A DNA stretch of 64,000 nucleotides from Candidatus Woesearchaeota archaeon. GTDB taxonomy: Archaea; Nanobdellota; Nanobdellia; SCGC-AAA011-G17; UBA489. The position numbers and the translations under genes are program-made. Position 1 is the stretch's first letter. Each line of letters opens with the position of its first letter. The notes below the pieces were generated by a model, which saw only the letters and a program-made list of their open reading frames with translations, did not search any database and was not told the DNA's origin. Where the stretch lies: contig CAYIXG010000004.1 in NCBI GenBank assembly GCA_964367375.1, forward strand, positions 59,556-123,555, in the 5' to 3' direction. Of the stretch, positions 9,114-18,391 are shown one piece after another.

Positions 9114-9749
9114 TTACTTCCACCTCTCGTGTACACACCCCTTCAGATACGCAGCAACCTTTTCCCATTCCGCCCCCTGCATGTGCTCGTCACTCCCTCT
9201 TACCTCCACGTGAAAAAGATAATACTTCTTCTCTCTCGCTGTAATTCCTTCATATGTAATAGAAGCCTTTTGTGTTTTATACGCATCCTCTTTCAGCCTT
9301 TTATACAACCACTTCTGCTGCCTTGGAATCAATATTCCAAGATACCCTTTCTTCACATACTGTCGCGCTTGATTATAAAAATGATAAAAACTTTTCCATG
9401 GCAACTCAAATGACTTATCATAATAGATCATTGACTGATTCATTTCTTGTTCAACCATTCTTAACCCCTTTGTCTTAATCACCTTCTTTTCTTTCACTAG
9501 ATCCTTCCACATCTGCTCAAAAAAATCTTTTTTATAGAAATGACCCTCACACGATGCCGCTGTCTTAACGCCAAATCTGTGCAAAAAATAGCATACTCCC
9601 TTCAGATTGTCATCACCCTTTTCATACGCTTCATCGCTCCTCTCTTTTTCATCCCTCTTCACATGATACGACCATCTCCCTGTCGCAGAAAACCATCTCC
9701 TCTGATGATGCGCTTTATGATCTATAATATCCACACTTACCTTTTTCAT
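9114..9749 (-). CDS. hypothetical protein (211 aa, basic, Tyr/Lys-rich)
   Basis: ORF lies between L7Ae and GluRS on the same strand. No domain recognised by eye. Confidence 0.4.
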   Translation of the reverse strand: MKKVSVDIIDHKAHHQRRWFSATGRWSYHVKRDEKERSDEAYEKGDDNLKGVCYFLHRFGVKTAASCEGHFYKKDFFEQMWKDLVKEKKVIKTKGLRMVEQEMNQSMIYYDKSFELPWKSFYHFYNQARQYVKKGYLGILIPRQQKWLYKRLKEDAYKTQKASITYEGITAREKKYYLFHVEVRGSDEHMQGAEWEKVAAYLKGCVHERWK

Positions 9750-9760
9750 TTCCCCTCTTT

Positions 9761-11413
9761 TTACTGATGCGTAAAAATAAACTGATATACATCGCCCTCT
9801 TTCTTTTCAAATCTTGCAAACCCTTTTCGCTCAAACTGGACAATCTCCCCCTGCCTCACATACTTCACTGCAGGCTCACCCACACACTCCTTTATTGTGC
9901 CATCAGGCATCAAGAGCTCAATCTTCACCACTGCATTCACTGCAGGAACCCAATGAATCAACTTTGCCTCAATTTTTGGATCATGCTCCTCAGAAAGAAA
10001 CACATAATCCACAAAATTAAACAAGTGCATGAAGCGATATGTCTTTCCGTCCTCTACCTCATCCTCAATGTAAAACTCGTTTGTTGTTTCCACCTCTTTT
10101 GCTCCCAACTCTTTTCGATCAGGATGCAACGGCACCTGCACCTTTTTGAATGGGGCATTTACAATCTTTATGATTCTTGGATGCTCAACAACAAAATACC
10201 TCTTCGCGTTTTTATCGAGCACCTCGCGGTCGTACTTGTAAATTGATTTCATAAACTCATCAAACTCCACCCTCTTGTCCACTTTTGACGGGCCAAGCTC
10301 CTGCACGTACCTCACAAACGCTTGCGGTTGCAACCCGCGACGCCGAAATGCTGCCAACGTGGGAAGTCGAGGATCATCCCAGCCTGTATACTCTTTTTTC
10401 TCAATCGACTCCCGGAAACCTGACTTTGAAATCCTTATCCCTTTAAAATTGACTCTTCCAATATGGATGAACTCGGGAATGTCCCACTTAAAAAACTTGT
10501 ATATGTACATCTGCCTCTCCATATTCACAATATGATCTTTTCCTCGAATCACATGCGTTAATCCTGCATCGTGATCATCAACTGCAACTGCAAAATTCAT
10601 CAATGGCCACACCCTGTATTTCAACCCGTGTAACGCGTGAGGATTTGTGTCAATACGAAACGCAGGCCACTCTCGCACTGCAGGATTTTTATGGTGAATA
10701 TCTGTCTTTATTCGCGCAACCGCCTCTCCGTCATCCAACTTCGTCAACATTAACTGCCACAACCTCTTGTTTTCCTCAATTGTATTGCTTCTGCAGGGAC
10801 ATGCCTGCCTCTTGTTCACCAACTCTCGAAATGCTTCTGCATTGCACTGGCAAATATACATGTGGCCCTGTTCAATCAACACCATCGCATGCATGTAATA
10901 ATCATCCATCCTGTTTGACTGAATGATTAATTCATCCACCTTGCCTTGCGTAATCCACATCGCATCCTCTTTCAGCAGATTATATGCTGGAGAATAAATG
11001 GCCTCAGGGTTTGTATCCGCAATTCGCACCACTAACTTTCCCTTGTACTTCTTTGCGTATTCTGCATTCAATAACAATGTGATAATATGGCCGATGTGCA
11101 TTGCACCACTCGGGCTCGGCTCAAAACGAAACACATACGGTTTATTTACCTTCTTTAATTCTGGCAATACTTTCGGCCCTACTTTTTCTTTCTCTTCTTC
11201 CTCATATCCTAGTTTCTTCAGTCTTTTTTCTTTCTCTTCTTTGGATAGTTTTTTACATTCCTTAATTGCTTTTTCAATGCTCTTTAGAACTTCCTTCACC
11301 GTTTCTTTTGCTGAAGGATCTTCTGCAATGACGCGCCGCAGCACAGACTGCGCATCAACATCTTTATACTTCAACCCACAAATGAGCACGTGCTTCACAA
11401 TAGAGTCTTTCAT
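9761..11413 (-). CDS. gltX: glutamyl-tRNA synthetase (archaeal class I)
   Basis: FRFEPSPSGAMHIGHIITLL carries the HIGH motif. 550 aa with archaeal/eukaryal-type architecture. Confidence 0.85.
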   Translation of the reverse strand: MKDSIVKHVLICGLKYKDVDAQSVLRRVIAEDPSAKETVKEVLKSIEKAIKECKKLSKEEKEKRLKKLGYEEEEKEKVGPKVLPELKKVNKPYVFRFEPSPSGAMHIGHIITLLLNAEYAKKYKGKLVVRIADTNPEAIYSPAYNLLKEDAMWITQGKVDELIIQSNRMDDYYMHAMVLIEQGHMYICQCNAEAFRELVNKRQACPCRSNTIEENKRLWQLMLTKLDDGEAVARIKTDIHHKNPAVREWPAFRIDTNPHALHGLKYRVWPLMNFAVAVDDHDAGLTHVIRGKDHIVNMERQMYIYKFFKWDIPEFIHIGRVNFKGIRISKSGFRESIEKKEYTGWDDPRLPTLAAFRRRGLQPQAFVRYVQELGPSKVDKRVEFDEFMKSIYKYDREVLDKNAKRYFVVEHPRIIKIVNAPFKKVQVPLHPDRKELGAKEVETTNEFYIEDEVEDGKTYRFMHLFNFVDYVFLSEEHDPKIEAKLIHWVPAVNAVVKIELLMPDGTIKECVGEPAVKYVRQGEIVQFERKGFARFEKKEGDVYQFIFTHQ

Positions 11414-11445
11414 CTCTCTTTTCTGAATACTTTCACTATAAATAC

Positions 11446-12159
11446 TTATCTTCCAAAACGCCTATCCCGCTTTTTAAACTCTTCAATACACTGAATGAAG
11501 TCTTCCTTTTCGAACTCTGGCCACATCTTTTCCAGATAAAACCACTCGCTATATGCAGCCTGATAATTCAAGAAATTGCTTGATCTTTTCTCGCCACCAG
11601 TCCGAATAATCATATCAGGCTCATCCTTCATATACAAATGATCAGCAAACAACTCTTCATTAATCTTTTCAATGTCTAGCTTTCCTTCCTTCACTTCCTG
11701 CGCAATCCTTTTCGTTGCATCTACAATTTCGCTTCTTCCCCCATACGCTAATGCGATGTTAATAATGTGCTTCTTGTATTTCTTTGTCTTTTCCATCACC
11801 TTTTTCATTGATTCTTGAATATCCTCAGGAAACATGTACAATCTGCCGATAAAATTTAACCGAATCTCGTTTTTTTCAATCCTCTCATCGCTGTTAAACT
11901 TGATGAAATTTTCCCTAAATAAATCCATTAAAAATTCAAACTCATCTCGTGGACGCGAATGGAAATTTTCCACAGAAAATGCATACAATGTTAGCTCTTT
12001 TATGCCTATATCCTCACACCATTCAAACAATTTTTCAATCTTTCTTGCTCCCCACTCGTGACCTCGCCATGGCTTTAACAGCAATCTTTTTGCAAACCTT
12101 CTATTTCCATCTAGAATGATCCCAACATGCTTCGGCACTGCATTTGAAGAAGGTTTCAT
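11446..12159 (-). CDS. uppS: undecaprenyl/di-trans,poly-cis-prenyl diphosphate synthase
   Basis: HVGIILDGNRRFAKR...RGHEWGARKIEKLFEWCEDIGIKELTLYAFSVENFHSRPRDE. Confidence 0.8.
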   Translation of the reverse strand: MKPSSNAVPKHVGIILDGNRRFAKRLLLKPWRGHEWGARKIEKLFEWCEDIGIKELTLYAFSVENFHSRPRDEFEFLMDLFRENFIKFNSDERIEKNEIRLNFIGRLYMFPEDIQESMKKVMEKTKKYKKHIINIALAYGGRSEIVDATKRIAQEVKEGKLDIEKINEELFADHLYMKDEPDMIIRTGGEKRSSNFLNYQAAYSEWFYLEKMWPEFEKEDFIQCIEEFKKRDRRFGR

Positions 12160-12199
12160 CTTCCTCTTTTTTTCCTCTATCTCCTTTTTAAACTTTTGC

Positions 12200-13276
12200 T
12201 TAAAAAAAGAAGATTGCTATTCCTATTATAAAAAGAATATACAAACAGAGAAGTAACATTCCCTCCATCACTCGCGAAAACCACTGCATCTTTGTAAACC
12301 TGAAGAAAAGCAGTGTCATGATAAGCGCAATTGGCAATCCGAACCAGAGGTCAAACCTTGTCATTGTAAGGGGCGTTATCAGCGCTCCAATACCTCCTAC
12401 CAGAAGAATATTTGCTATGTTTGACCCTACAAGGTTTCCTACTAATAAACCTCCTAACTTTTTTCTTGCAGAAACAAACGTCACTGCTAACTCCGGGAGA
12501 GATGTTCCTATTGCAATTGCTGATAAACTTATCATTTCAGAAGGAACCTGCACACCTTTTGCTATGTTTATTGCAGCACTCACCATAAATTTTGCACCAA
12601 GCGCAATTCCTAGAACGCCTATTATTACAATTATGCCATTTTTGGCTATCATTCCTAATACTTGTTGCTGACATGCTCTATACTTATTAATGCCCTGCTT
12701 TTTTAATCTTATTAGTGTTCGATAATCTAAACCATTCTGTATTAGTCTCTCACAATTTATCATTGAATGGACTTTTTTTTCATTTTTCATTAATTTTTTT
12801 ATCAAGTTGTTTCTTTTTTTCTGCACATGCTCTGGCTCTTTTGTTATTCTATAATATATGTATATCACAAACAAAAAGACTAATACTAATCCTTCGCCTC
12901 TTGATACTATCTTATCACTTGCAAGAATCAGAAATAGTGTTGTGATACATCCTAATATAATAATATCTCTTCCGTACACTCCTCTTTTCAATGGAAATAT
13001 AAAGATCATCGATGCTAATCCTAGAATAAGACCAATATTGGTAATGTTACTCCCGATTATTGTACCTACTGCTATTTCAGGAGCTCCTCTCACTGCTGCA
13101 GCAATGCTTGTTCCCAGTTCTGGTATTGATGTGCCTATTGCAACAACTGTTAATCCTATCACCCACTGTGATACTCCATACCATTGCGCGATTCGTTCCA
13201 CAGCCTTCACTAATATATCTGTACTTTTAACTAGCACTCCGAGTGCACCTATAAAAATAAGGACCTGCAGTAACAT
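12200..13276 (-). CDS. Ca2+/Na+ antiporter (CaCA family, YrbG-like)
   Basis: Two alpha-repeats GTSIPELGTSIAAAVRG and GSNI(T/A)NI.L..G. About 10 TM segments. Confidence 0.75.
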   Translation of the reverse strand: MLLQVLIFIGALGVLVKSTDILVKAVERIAQWYGVSQWVIGLTVVAIGTSIPELGTSIAAAVRGAPEIAVGTIIGSNITNIGLILGLASMIFIFPLKRGVYGRDIIILGCITTLFLILASDKIVSRGEGLVLVFLFVIYIYYRITKEPEHVQKKRNNLIKKLMKNEKKVHSMINCERLIQNGLDYRTLIRLKKQGINKYRACQQQVLGMIAKNGIIVIIGVLGIALGAKFMVSAAINIAKGVQVPSEMISLSAIAIGTSLPELAVTFVSARKKLGGLLVGNLVGSNIANILLVGGIGALITPLTMTRFDLWFGLPIALIMTLLFFRFTKMQWFSRVMEGMLLLCLYILFIIGIAIFFF

Positions 13277-13445
13277 ATCATCCTCCTTTTTCTCCTTTAC
13301 TTGACATAAATCCTTTATAATCCTTCTCCTTTCCTTAAAAAGACTCTTTTTCTCTTTTTATGCCTAAAACACCTTTCTTTTTCCTCGAAAACTTTATAAA
13401 CTATTTGGTACTAACAATTGAATACTCTATATCAGTGATAATACA

Positions 13446-14885
13446 ATGGCTGCACTTGACATTTTTACTGTTGTCCAAGGATTTCTTACCATAATCCTTT
13501 TTGTTGTTGCGCTCTATTTCTGGCAAAAACTGCGCAGAGGATTTGATATCAGCAGCCTGAAATCCATGCGCTTATATACTATTCTCTTCCTCTTTGCCAT
13601 TCCCTTTATTATTAGCGTCCTCGCATTCATCGAAGATGACATCCGTACCCTCTTACAACACGCACTCTATTTTTTTCTCTTCTTTGCAGCATTTGTTGTG
13701 ACATTCCGCACCTATAAAAATTATATAAGCATCAGAAAACAGGATCTTCGCGACTTATATGAACAATCAGGAAAGCATCCTATTCGACTTGCCTTTGCCC
13801 GTGAAATTATTGTTCCTGAACTTCAAACACTTACTCGTAAAAGGAATGAGCTCACTAAACTCCAACGCACCATTGACCTGAAAGAAAAGACAACAAACCT
13901 CAAAGAAAAAGCACTCCAGAGAAAGGAACACAACTCTGCTGCAAAACTTAAATCATTACAGCAACAGAAAGAAGCCCTTTCCACAGAACGAAACACACTT
14001 GATAAGGAACAGATGGTTGTGAGAAACAAGAAGAGAGACGCACAACGCAACCTCCTTGATGCGCAAGCAAAAAAAGCGCACATCGAAAGAATTGTTCTTG
14101 CAATAAAAGAACGAGAACAAGCCCTTCAGAAGAAATATGAACAAGCCTCCCAAAAAGAAGCCAATCTCAGCATTGAATACAAAGAAGCAAAAGAAACAGC
14201 GTTGAAACAATTCAAAGAAGAGCTTACCGTATCAAAAAAAGACATGCAGGAAAAACTCCAGGCAAAACTTGCAGACCTTGCCAAAAAAGAAAAAACACTT
14301 GATGCGCTGGATAAAGAAATCAACGAACTCAAACGAACCCTTAAAACAAAAGAACATGATATTGCAGCGTACGAAGCACAAAAGAAGGCGGCAGAACGAA
14401 ATATTGAACGTTTGACAGAAGAACAAAAACAGCTCAAAAAAGCAGAAGAGGCATTCAAAAAAGAACGCGAATCTCTGGAACACACCCGAAGAGAACTGAG
14501 AAGCGAGTCCAAAACATTCGACAATGAACGTGCGTCCCTCCTCGCAGAACGGGCAAAAATCAAACGAAAAAACGCCCGCATCCTCACTATCGACCGAGCA
14601 CTCCAGGAAGAAAAAGAAAAACTTCGCACAAAATACGCTGAACTCGATCAACTCATGAATGATACCAGGCAGAAAGAACGAGAACTCGCACGAGAACGAG
14701 ACACATTGAAACGATTGCAGAAAGAGCTCGAACATGAAAAAGCACGATTAGCTGCAGAAAAAAAAGAAAAAAACAACGGAAATGGAATCAAAGAAAAGAA
14801 AAAACAAGGAAACGGCAAAGATTCATCAGTCGTTGCAGACGTTAAAGAGAAATTTGATTCCCTCTTCGAAATATTTGGATGGTAA
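13446..14885 (+). CDS. membrane-anchored long coiled-coil protein
   Basis: N-terminal about 90 aa hydrophobic with 2-3 TM segments, then about 380 aa K/E/Q-rich heptad-like sequence. Confidence 0.5.
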   Translation: MAALDIFTVVQGFLTIILFVVALYFWQKLRRGFDISSLKSMRLYTILFLFAIPFIISVLAFIEDDIRTLLQHALYFFLFFAAFVVTFRTYKNYISIRKQDLRDLYEQSGKHPIRLAFAREIIVPELQTLTRKRNELTKLQRTIDLKEKTTNLKEKALQRKEHNSAAKLKSLQQQKEALSTERNTLDKEQMVVRNKKRDAQRNLLDAQAKKAHIERIVLAIKEREQALQKKYEQASQKEANLSIEYKEAKETALKQFKEELTVSKKDMQEKLQAKLADLAKKEKTLDALDKEINELKRTLKTKEHDIAAYEAQKKAAERNIERLTEEQKQLKKAEEAFKKERESLEHTRRELRSESKTFDNERASLLAERAKIKRKNARILTIDRALQEEKEKLRTKYAELDQLMNDTRQKERELARERDTLKRLQKELEHEKARLAAEKKEKNNGNGIKEKKKQGNGKDSSVVADVKEKFDSLFEIFGW

Positions 14886-15244
14886 TACACATGGGAACCT
14901 TTGAACAAGTCATCTTCGGGCTGGACATTTTTGCAGTCATCTTTGCATTCTTGACAGTCATCTTCATGAAAAAGCTTCGAGAATTTGAGCTTGCAGACAT
15001 CGAACGTAGCTACAACGCACTCCTCTTTGGCGTGTTCTTCGGATTTATCATCACATTCCTCAACCTTATTGTCTATGCAGAACAAACATTCCCCGAAGAA
15101 CTTGCATCCCTCATACCTGAAATAAGCACGTATGCTGGATACTTCCATAACATTATCTTTTTAGTCCTCGCACCACTTTTTGGTGCTTGCGTCTTGGTCA
15201 GCATTATTCTCTTGAGAGACATGCAATTCCCTGTTCGGAAATAA
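14879..15244 (+). CDS. small membrane protein, paralog of the N-terminal membrane module of the upstream coiled-coil protein
   Basis: Start overlaps the upstream stop by 7 nt. Same architecture as the upstream N-terminus (DIFTVVQGFLTIILFVVALYFWQKLRRGF vs LDIFAVIFAFLTVIFMKKLREF). Confidence 0.45.
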   Translation: MVIHMGTFEQVIFGLDIFAVIFAFLTVIFMKKLREFELADIERSYNALLFGVFFGFIITFLNLIVYAEQTFPEELASLIPEISTYAGYFHNIIFLVLAPLFGACVLVSIILLRDMQFPVRK

Positions 15245-15314
15245 AAACTCCAAGCGAAACATTTATAAAGGAGTTTAAACACCTCCTTACTTATCTTTCT
15301 GGAGCTGTTCATTC

Positions 15315-15962
15315 ATGACCCAAGATGACATTGCAGATTCGGTCAAAAAAGGAACAACAACCGTTGCCATCATGTGCGCAGACGGCGTTGTGCTTGCAGC
15401 AGATAAGCGTGCAACCTTAGGCGGACGCATTGTCGGCCACAAAAAAGTAGACAAAGTCTTTCAAATTACAGATAGCATTGGACTTACTATGGCAGGATCT
15501 GTGAGCGATGCACAACTTATCGTTAAAATACTAAAGGCTGAACTTAACCTGAGACGCATCAGAACAGGACGCGAACCCACAGTCAGGGAAACCGCAGCCC
15601 TCCTCGGCCAAATAGTATATGGCAATGTGAGACGCTTCAGCGTCATTCCGGGCATCACCGGATTCCTACTTGGAGGAGTGGACATGCGCGGATTTGCACT
15701 CTATGACATCGGCATTGATGGTAGTGTTTTAGGACATGATGATTACATTGCTGATGGCTCAGGATTCATGATGGCACTCGGCGTGCTTGACACATTATAC
15801 ACCAAAAACATGAAGGTTGCTGACGGCATCAAACTCAGCATCAAGGCAGTGAACGCAGCTATGCAGCGAGACACCGCAACTGGAGAAGGCATTGACGTCT
15901 TCACCGTCACCAAAGCAGGAGTCAAAAAAGTATACCACAAACAAGTAGAAATAACCCTTTAA
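15315..15962 (+). CDS. psmB: proteasome beta subunit
   Basis: TTTVAIMCADGVVLAADKRATLGGRIVGHKKVDKVFQI. Propeptide followed by a Thr catalytic N-terminus. Confidence 0.85.
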   Translation: MTQDDIADSVKKGTTTVAIMCADGVVLAADKRATLGGRIVGHKKVDKVFQITDSIGLTMAGSVSDAQLIVKILKAELNLRRIRTGREPTVRETAALLGQIVYGNVRRFSVIPGITGFLLGGVDMRGFALYDIGIDGSVLGHDDYIADGSGFMMALGVLDTLYTKNMKVADGIKLSIKAVNAAMQRDTATGEGIDVFTVTKAGVKKVYHKQVEITL

Positions 15963-16032
15963 CATTTATGGATTTACCCTTTTTTCATTGAATATCTTAT
16001 CCTATTATTTTTTACATTAAGAGACTTTCCTT

Positions 16033-17931
16033 ATGCCAGATATCTTTGCAGAAATCAAAAAACACCTTCCTGCAGACGCAGACATTAGTGACACTGCTTT
16101 TGAAGGAGCAAACATCATCCTCTACACCAAAAACAAAGAATTCTTCCTCCAACGCAATACTGTCATTCGTGACATTGTCTCCATCATCAAAAAACGCATC
16201 GAACTCAGACCAGATCCCAGCCTCTGCATGGACCTCGAACAAGCAGAAATCGAAATCAAAAAAATTTTACCAGCAGAAGCAGGCGTTACCAGCGTCCTTT
16301 TCGACCCCGCACGAAGTGTTGCCGTCATCGAAGCAGAAAAACCAGGACTCGTCATCGGCAAACAAGGAGAAATCCTCCGCGACATCAAAAGCAAAACCTT
16401 CTGGGTGCCTGAAGTGCACCGCACCCCCATCATCAGAAGCAAGATCATTGAAAACATTCGCGGCGTGTTATATCAAACAAACGACTACCGCAAAAAATTC
16501 CTCAACAAGGTTGGCCATCGCATCTACGACGGATGGGTGAGAGAACGCAAAGAAGAATGGGTGCGCGTCACCTTCCTTGGTGGCGGAAGACAAGTCGGCA
16601 GAAGCTGCATCTTTCTCCAAACACCCGAAAGTAGAATACTCCTTGATTGCGGCGTGAATACTGCATTCAATGACCAAAACGCATATCCTTATGTTGACTG
16701 TCCAGAATTCAAGATTGAAGAACTGGATGCCATTATCATTAGTCATGCACATCTTGACCATTCAGGATTTGTCCCTTTCCTCTTTCGCATGGGCTATAGA
16801 GGACCAGTCTACTGCACTGCACCCACACGAGACATTTCCGCATTGCTCGCACTTGATTTTATAGGTGTTGCATTCAAGCAAGCAAAGAAAGGACTCTTTG
16901 ACGTGGATGACGTGAAAGAAATGGTCAAACACACCATCTGCCTCGGATGGGAAGAAGTGACTGACATCACTCCAGACATGCGCATCACCTTCTACAACTC
17001 CGGACACATTCTTGGGAGTAGCATGATCCACATCCACATCGGCAATGGACTGCACAACCTCCTCTACACTGGAGACATGAAATATTTACGCACCCGCCTT
17101 CTCGACCCTGCAGTCACCTCTTTCCCTCGATTAGAAACTGTCATCATTGAAAGCACCTATGGAGGAAAAACAGATATCCTCGGATCGAGAAGCGAAGCAG
17201 AACTCAAATTCATCAAATCCATTGATGCAGCAGCCAAGCGCGGAGGAAAAATACTCGTCCCTGTCTTAGGAGTAGGAAGAGCACAGGAAATTCTTGTCGT
17301 TGTGGAGAAAGCGATACGCGAGGGATTAATCCAGCCGATTCCAGTCTACTTGCAGGGCATGGTCTGGGACATCACTGCCATTCACACTGCCTATCCAGAA
17401 TTCCTCAACCAACAACTGCGCAAAAGCATCTTCCACAGGGCAGACAATCCTTTCTTAAGCGACATCTTCAAACGCGTCGGCAGCAGAAAAGAACAAGATG
17501 ACATCATCGAAAGCGAGCAGCCCTGCATCTTAGTTGCAACTGCAGGCATGATGAATGCAGGTGCAAGCTTGGAATACTTCCGCAGACTTGCGGATAATCC
17601 AAAAAATTTGCTCATCTTTGTCAGCTACCAATCAGAAAACACTATTGGGAAGAAGGTGCAAAACGGCGAAAAACAGATCCAACTTAACTACGGCGACAAA
17701 CCAGAAATCATCACCGTGCGCATGGAACTTGTTACCATTACCGAATTCACCGGGCACGCGGGAAGAAATGAACTGCTTCGTTTTGTGCATAATTTAAACC
17801 CAAAACCGAAACGCATCATTGTTAATCATGGAGAAAGCACCAAATGCATCGAACTCGCAAGCACATTCCACAAAATTAACAAGCTGGAAACGTGCGCACC
17901 AAAAAACTTAGAGACGATCAGAATTAAATAA
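16033..17931 (+). CDS. aCPSF1/FttA-type beta-CASP ribonuclease with N-terminal KH domains
   Basis: N-terminal KH-like region. HAHLDHSG metallo-beta-lactamase motif followed by a beta-CASP. 632 aa. Confidence 0.85.
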   Translation: MPDIFAEIKKHLPADADISDTAFEGANIILYTKNKEFFLQRNTVIRDIVSIIKKRIELRPDPSLCMDLEQAEIEIKKILPAEAGVTSVLFDPARSVAVIEAEKPGLVIGKQGEILRDIKSKTFWVPEVHRTPIIRSKIIENIRGVLYQTNDYRKKFLNKVGHRIYDGWVRERKEEWVRVTFLGGGRQVGRSCIFLQTPESRILLDCGVNTAFNDQNAYPYVDCPEFKIEELDAIIISHAHLDHSGFVPFLFRMGYRGPVYCTAPTRDISALLALDFIGVAFKQAKKGLFDVDDVKEMVKHTICLGWEEVTDITPDMRITFYNSGHILGSSMIHIHIGNGLHNLLYTGDMKYLRTRLLDPAVTSFPRLETVIIESTYGGKTDILGSRSEAELKFIKSIDAAAKRGGKILVPVLGVGRAQEILVVVEKAIREGLIQPIPVYLQGMVWDITAIHTAYPEFLNQQLRKSIFHRADNPFLSDIFKRVGSRKEQDDIIESEQPCILVATAGMMNAGASLEYFRRLADNPKNLLIFVSYQSENTIGKKVQNGEKQIQLNYGDKPEIITVRMELVTITEFTGHAGRNELLRFVHNLNPKPKRIIVNHGESTKCIELASTFHKINKLETCAPKNLETIRIK

Positions 17932-17941
17932 CGAGAATAAT

Positions 17942-18313
17942 TTATTTTTGTTTTATTTCAACCCGTGTTTCTCCATTTACCGTGTTCGTCTCTATTCTAT
18001 TCATTACTCCACCTATCATTACTTCTCTGACACACTTCACTCCAGTTTCACTTCTTTCACATCTTACCAGGCCCTCTTGAGACATTTCTTTCTGATCTTC
18101 CCTTTTTTCCCCTTGAAAACGGCTTGTTACTTCTTCAAACGATCCTTTTTGACCACCAAGGCTCTGAAAAAAAGAGTCAACTGTTTGCGTGTTTGTCTTT
18201 TCGATGTTCATTTTTTTCGCTTTTATTGCACTCCCAGAAATATCTCCCTCTTGAAGCATGAGAAGAAACGCAACCCCAATAATAACTCCAATGATCACCA
18301 TACCTTTTTTCAT
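17942..18313 (-). CDS. small secreted/membrane-anchored protein
   Basis: N-terminus MKKGMVIIGVIIGVAFLLML is a signal/anchor sequence. Confidence 0.4.
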   Translation of the reverse strand: MKKGMVIIGVIIGVAFLLMLQEGDISGSAIKAKKMNIEKTNTQTVDSFFQSLGGQKGSFEEVTSRFQGEKREDQKEMSQEGLVRCERSETGVKCVREVMIGGVMNRIETNTVNGETRVEIKQK

Positions 18314-18391
18314 CTTCTATTCTTGCTATTTTGTTCTATAAAAACCTTTCCCGATATATTTATATAATCTATTTCCTCTTTCTTTATTGAG

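Noticed and set aside
13800-14800. Repetitive-looking nucleotide stretch (aaagaa/gaaaaa motifs), checked as a possible CRISPR or tandem DNA repeat
   Set aside because: No regular repeat/spacer periodicity. The repetition is codon-level Lys/Glu bias of a coiled-coil protein.
13823-15148. Several 84-167-aa minus-strand ORFs with Cys/Phe/Ser-rich translations
   Set aside because: Antisense to the K/E-rich coiled-coil gene. The purine-rich sense strand gives a pyrimidine-rich antisense strand that stays open by chance.
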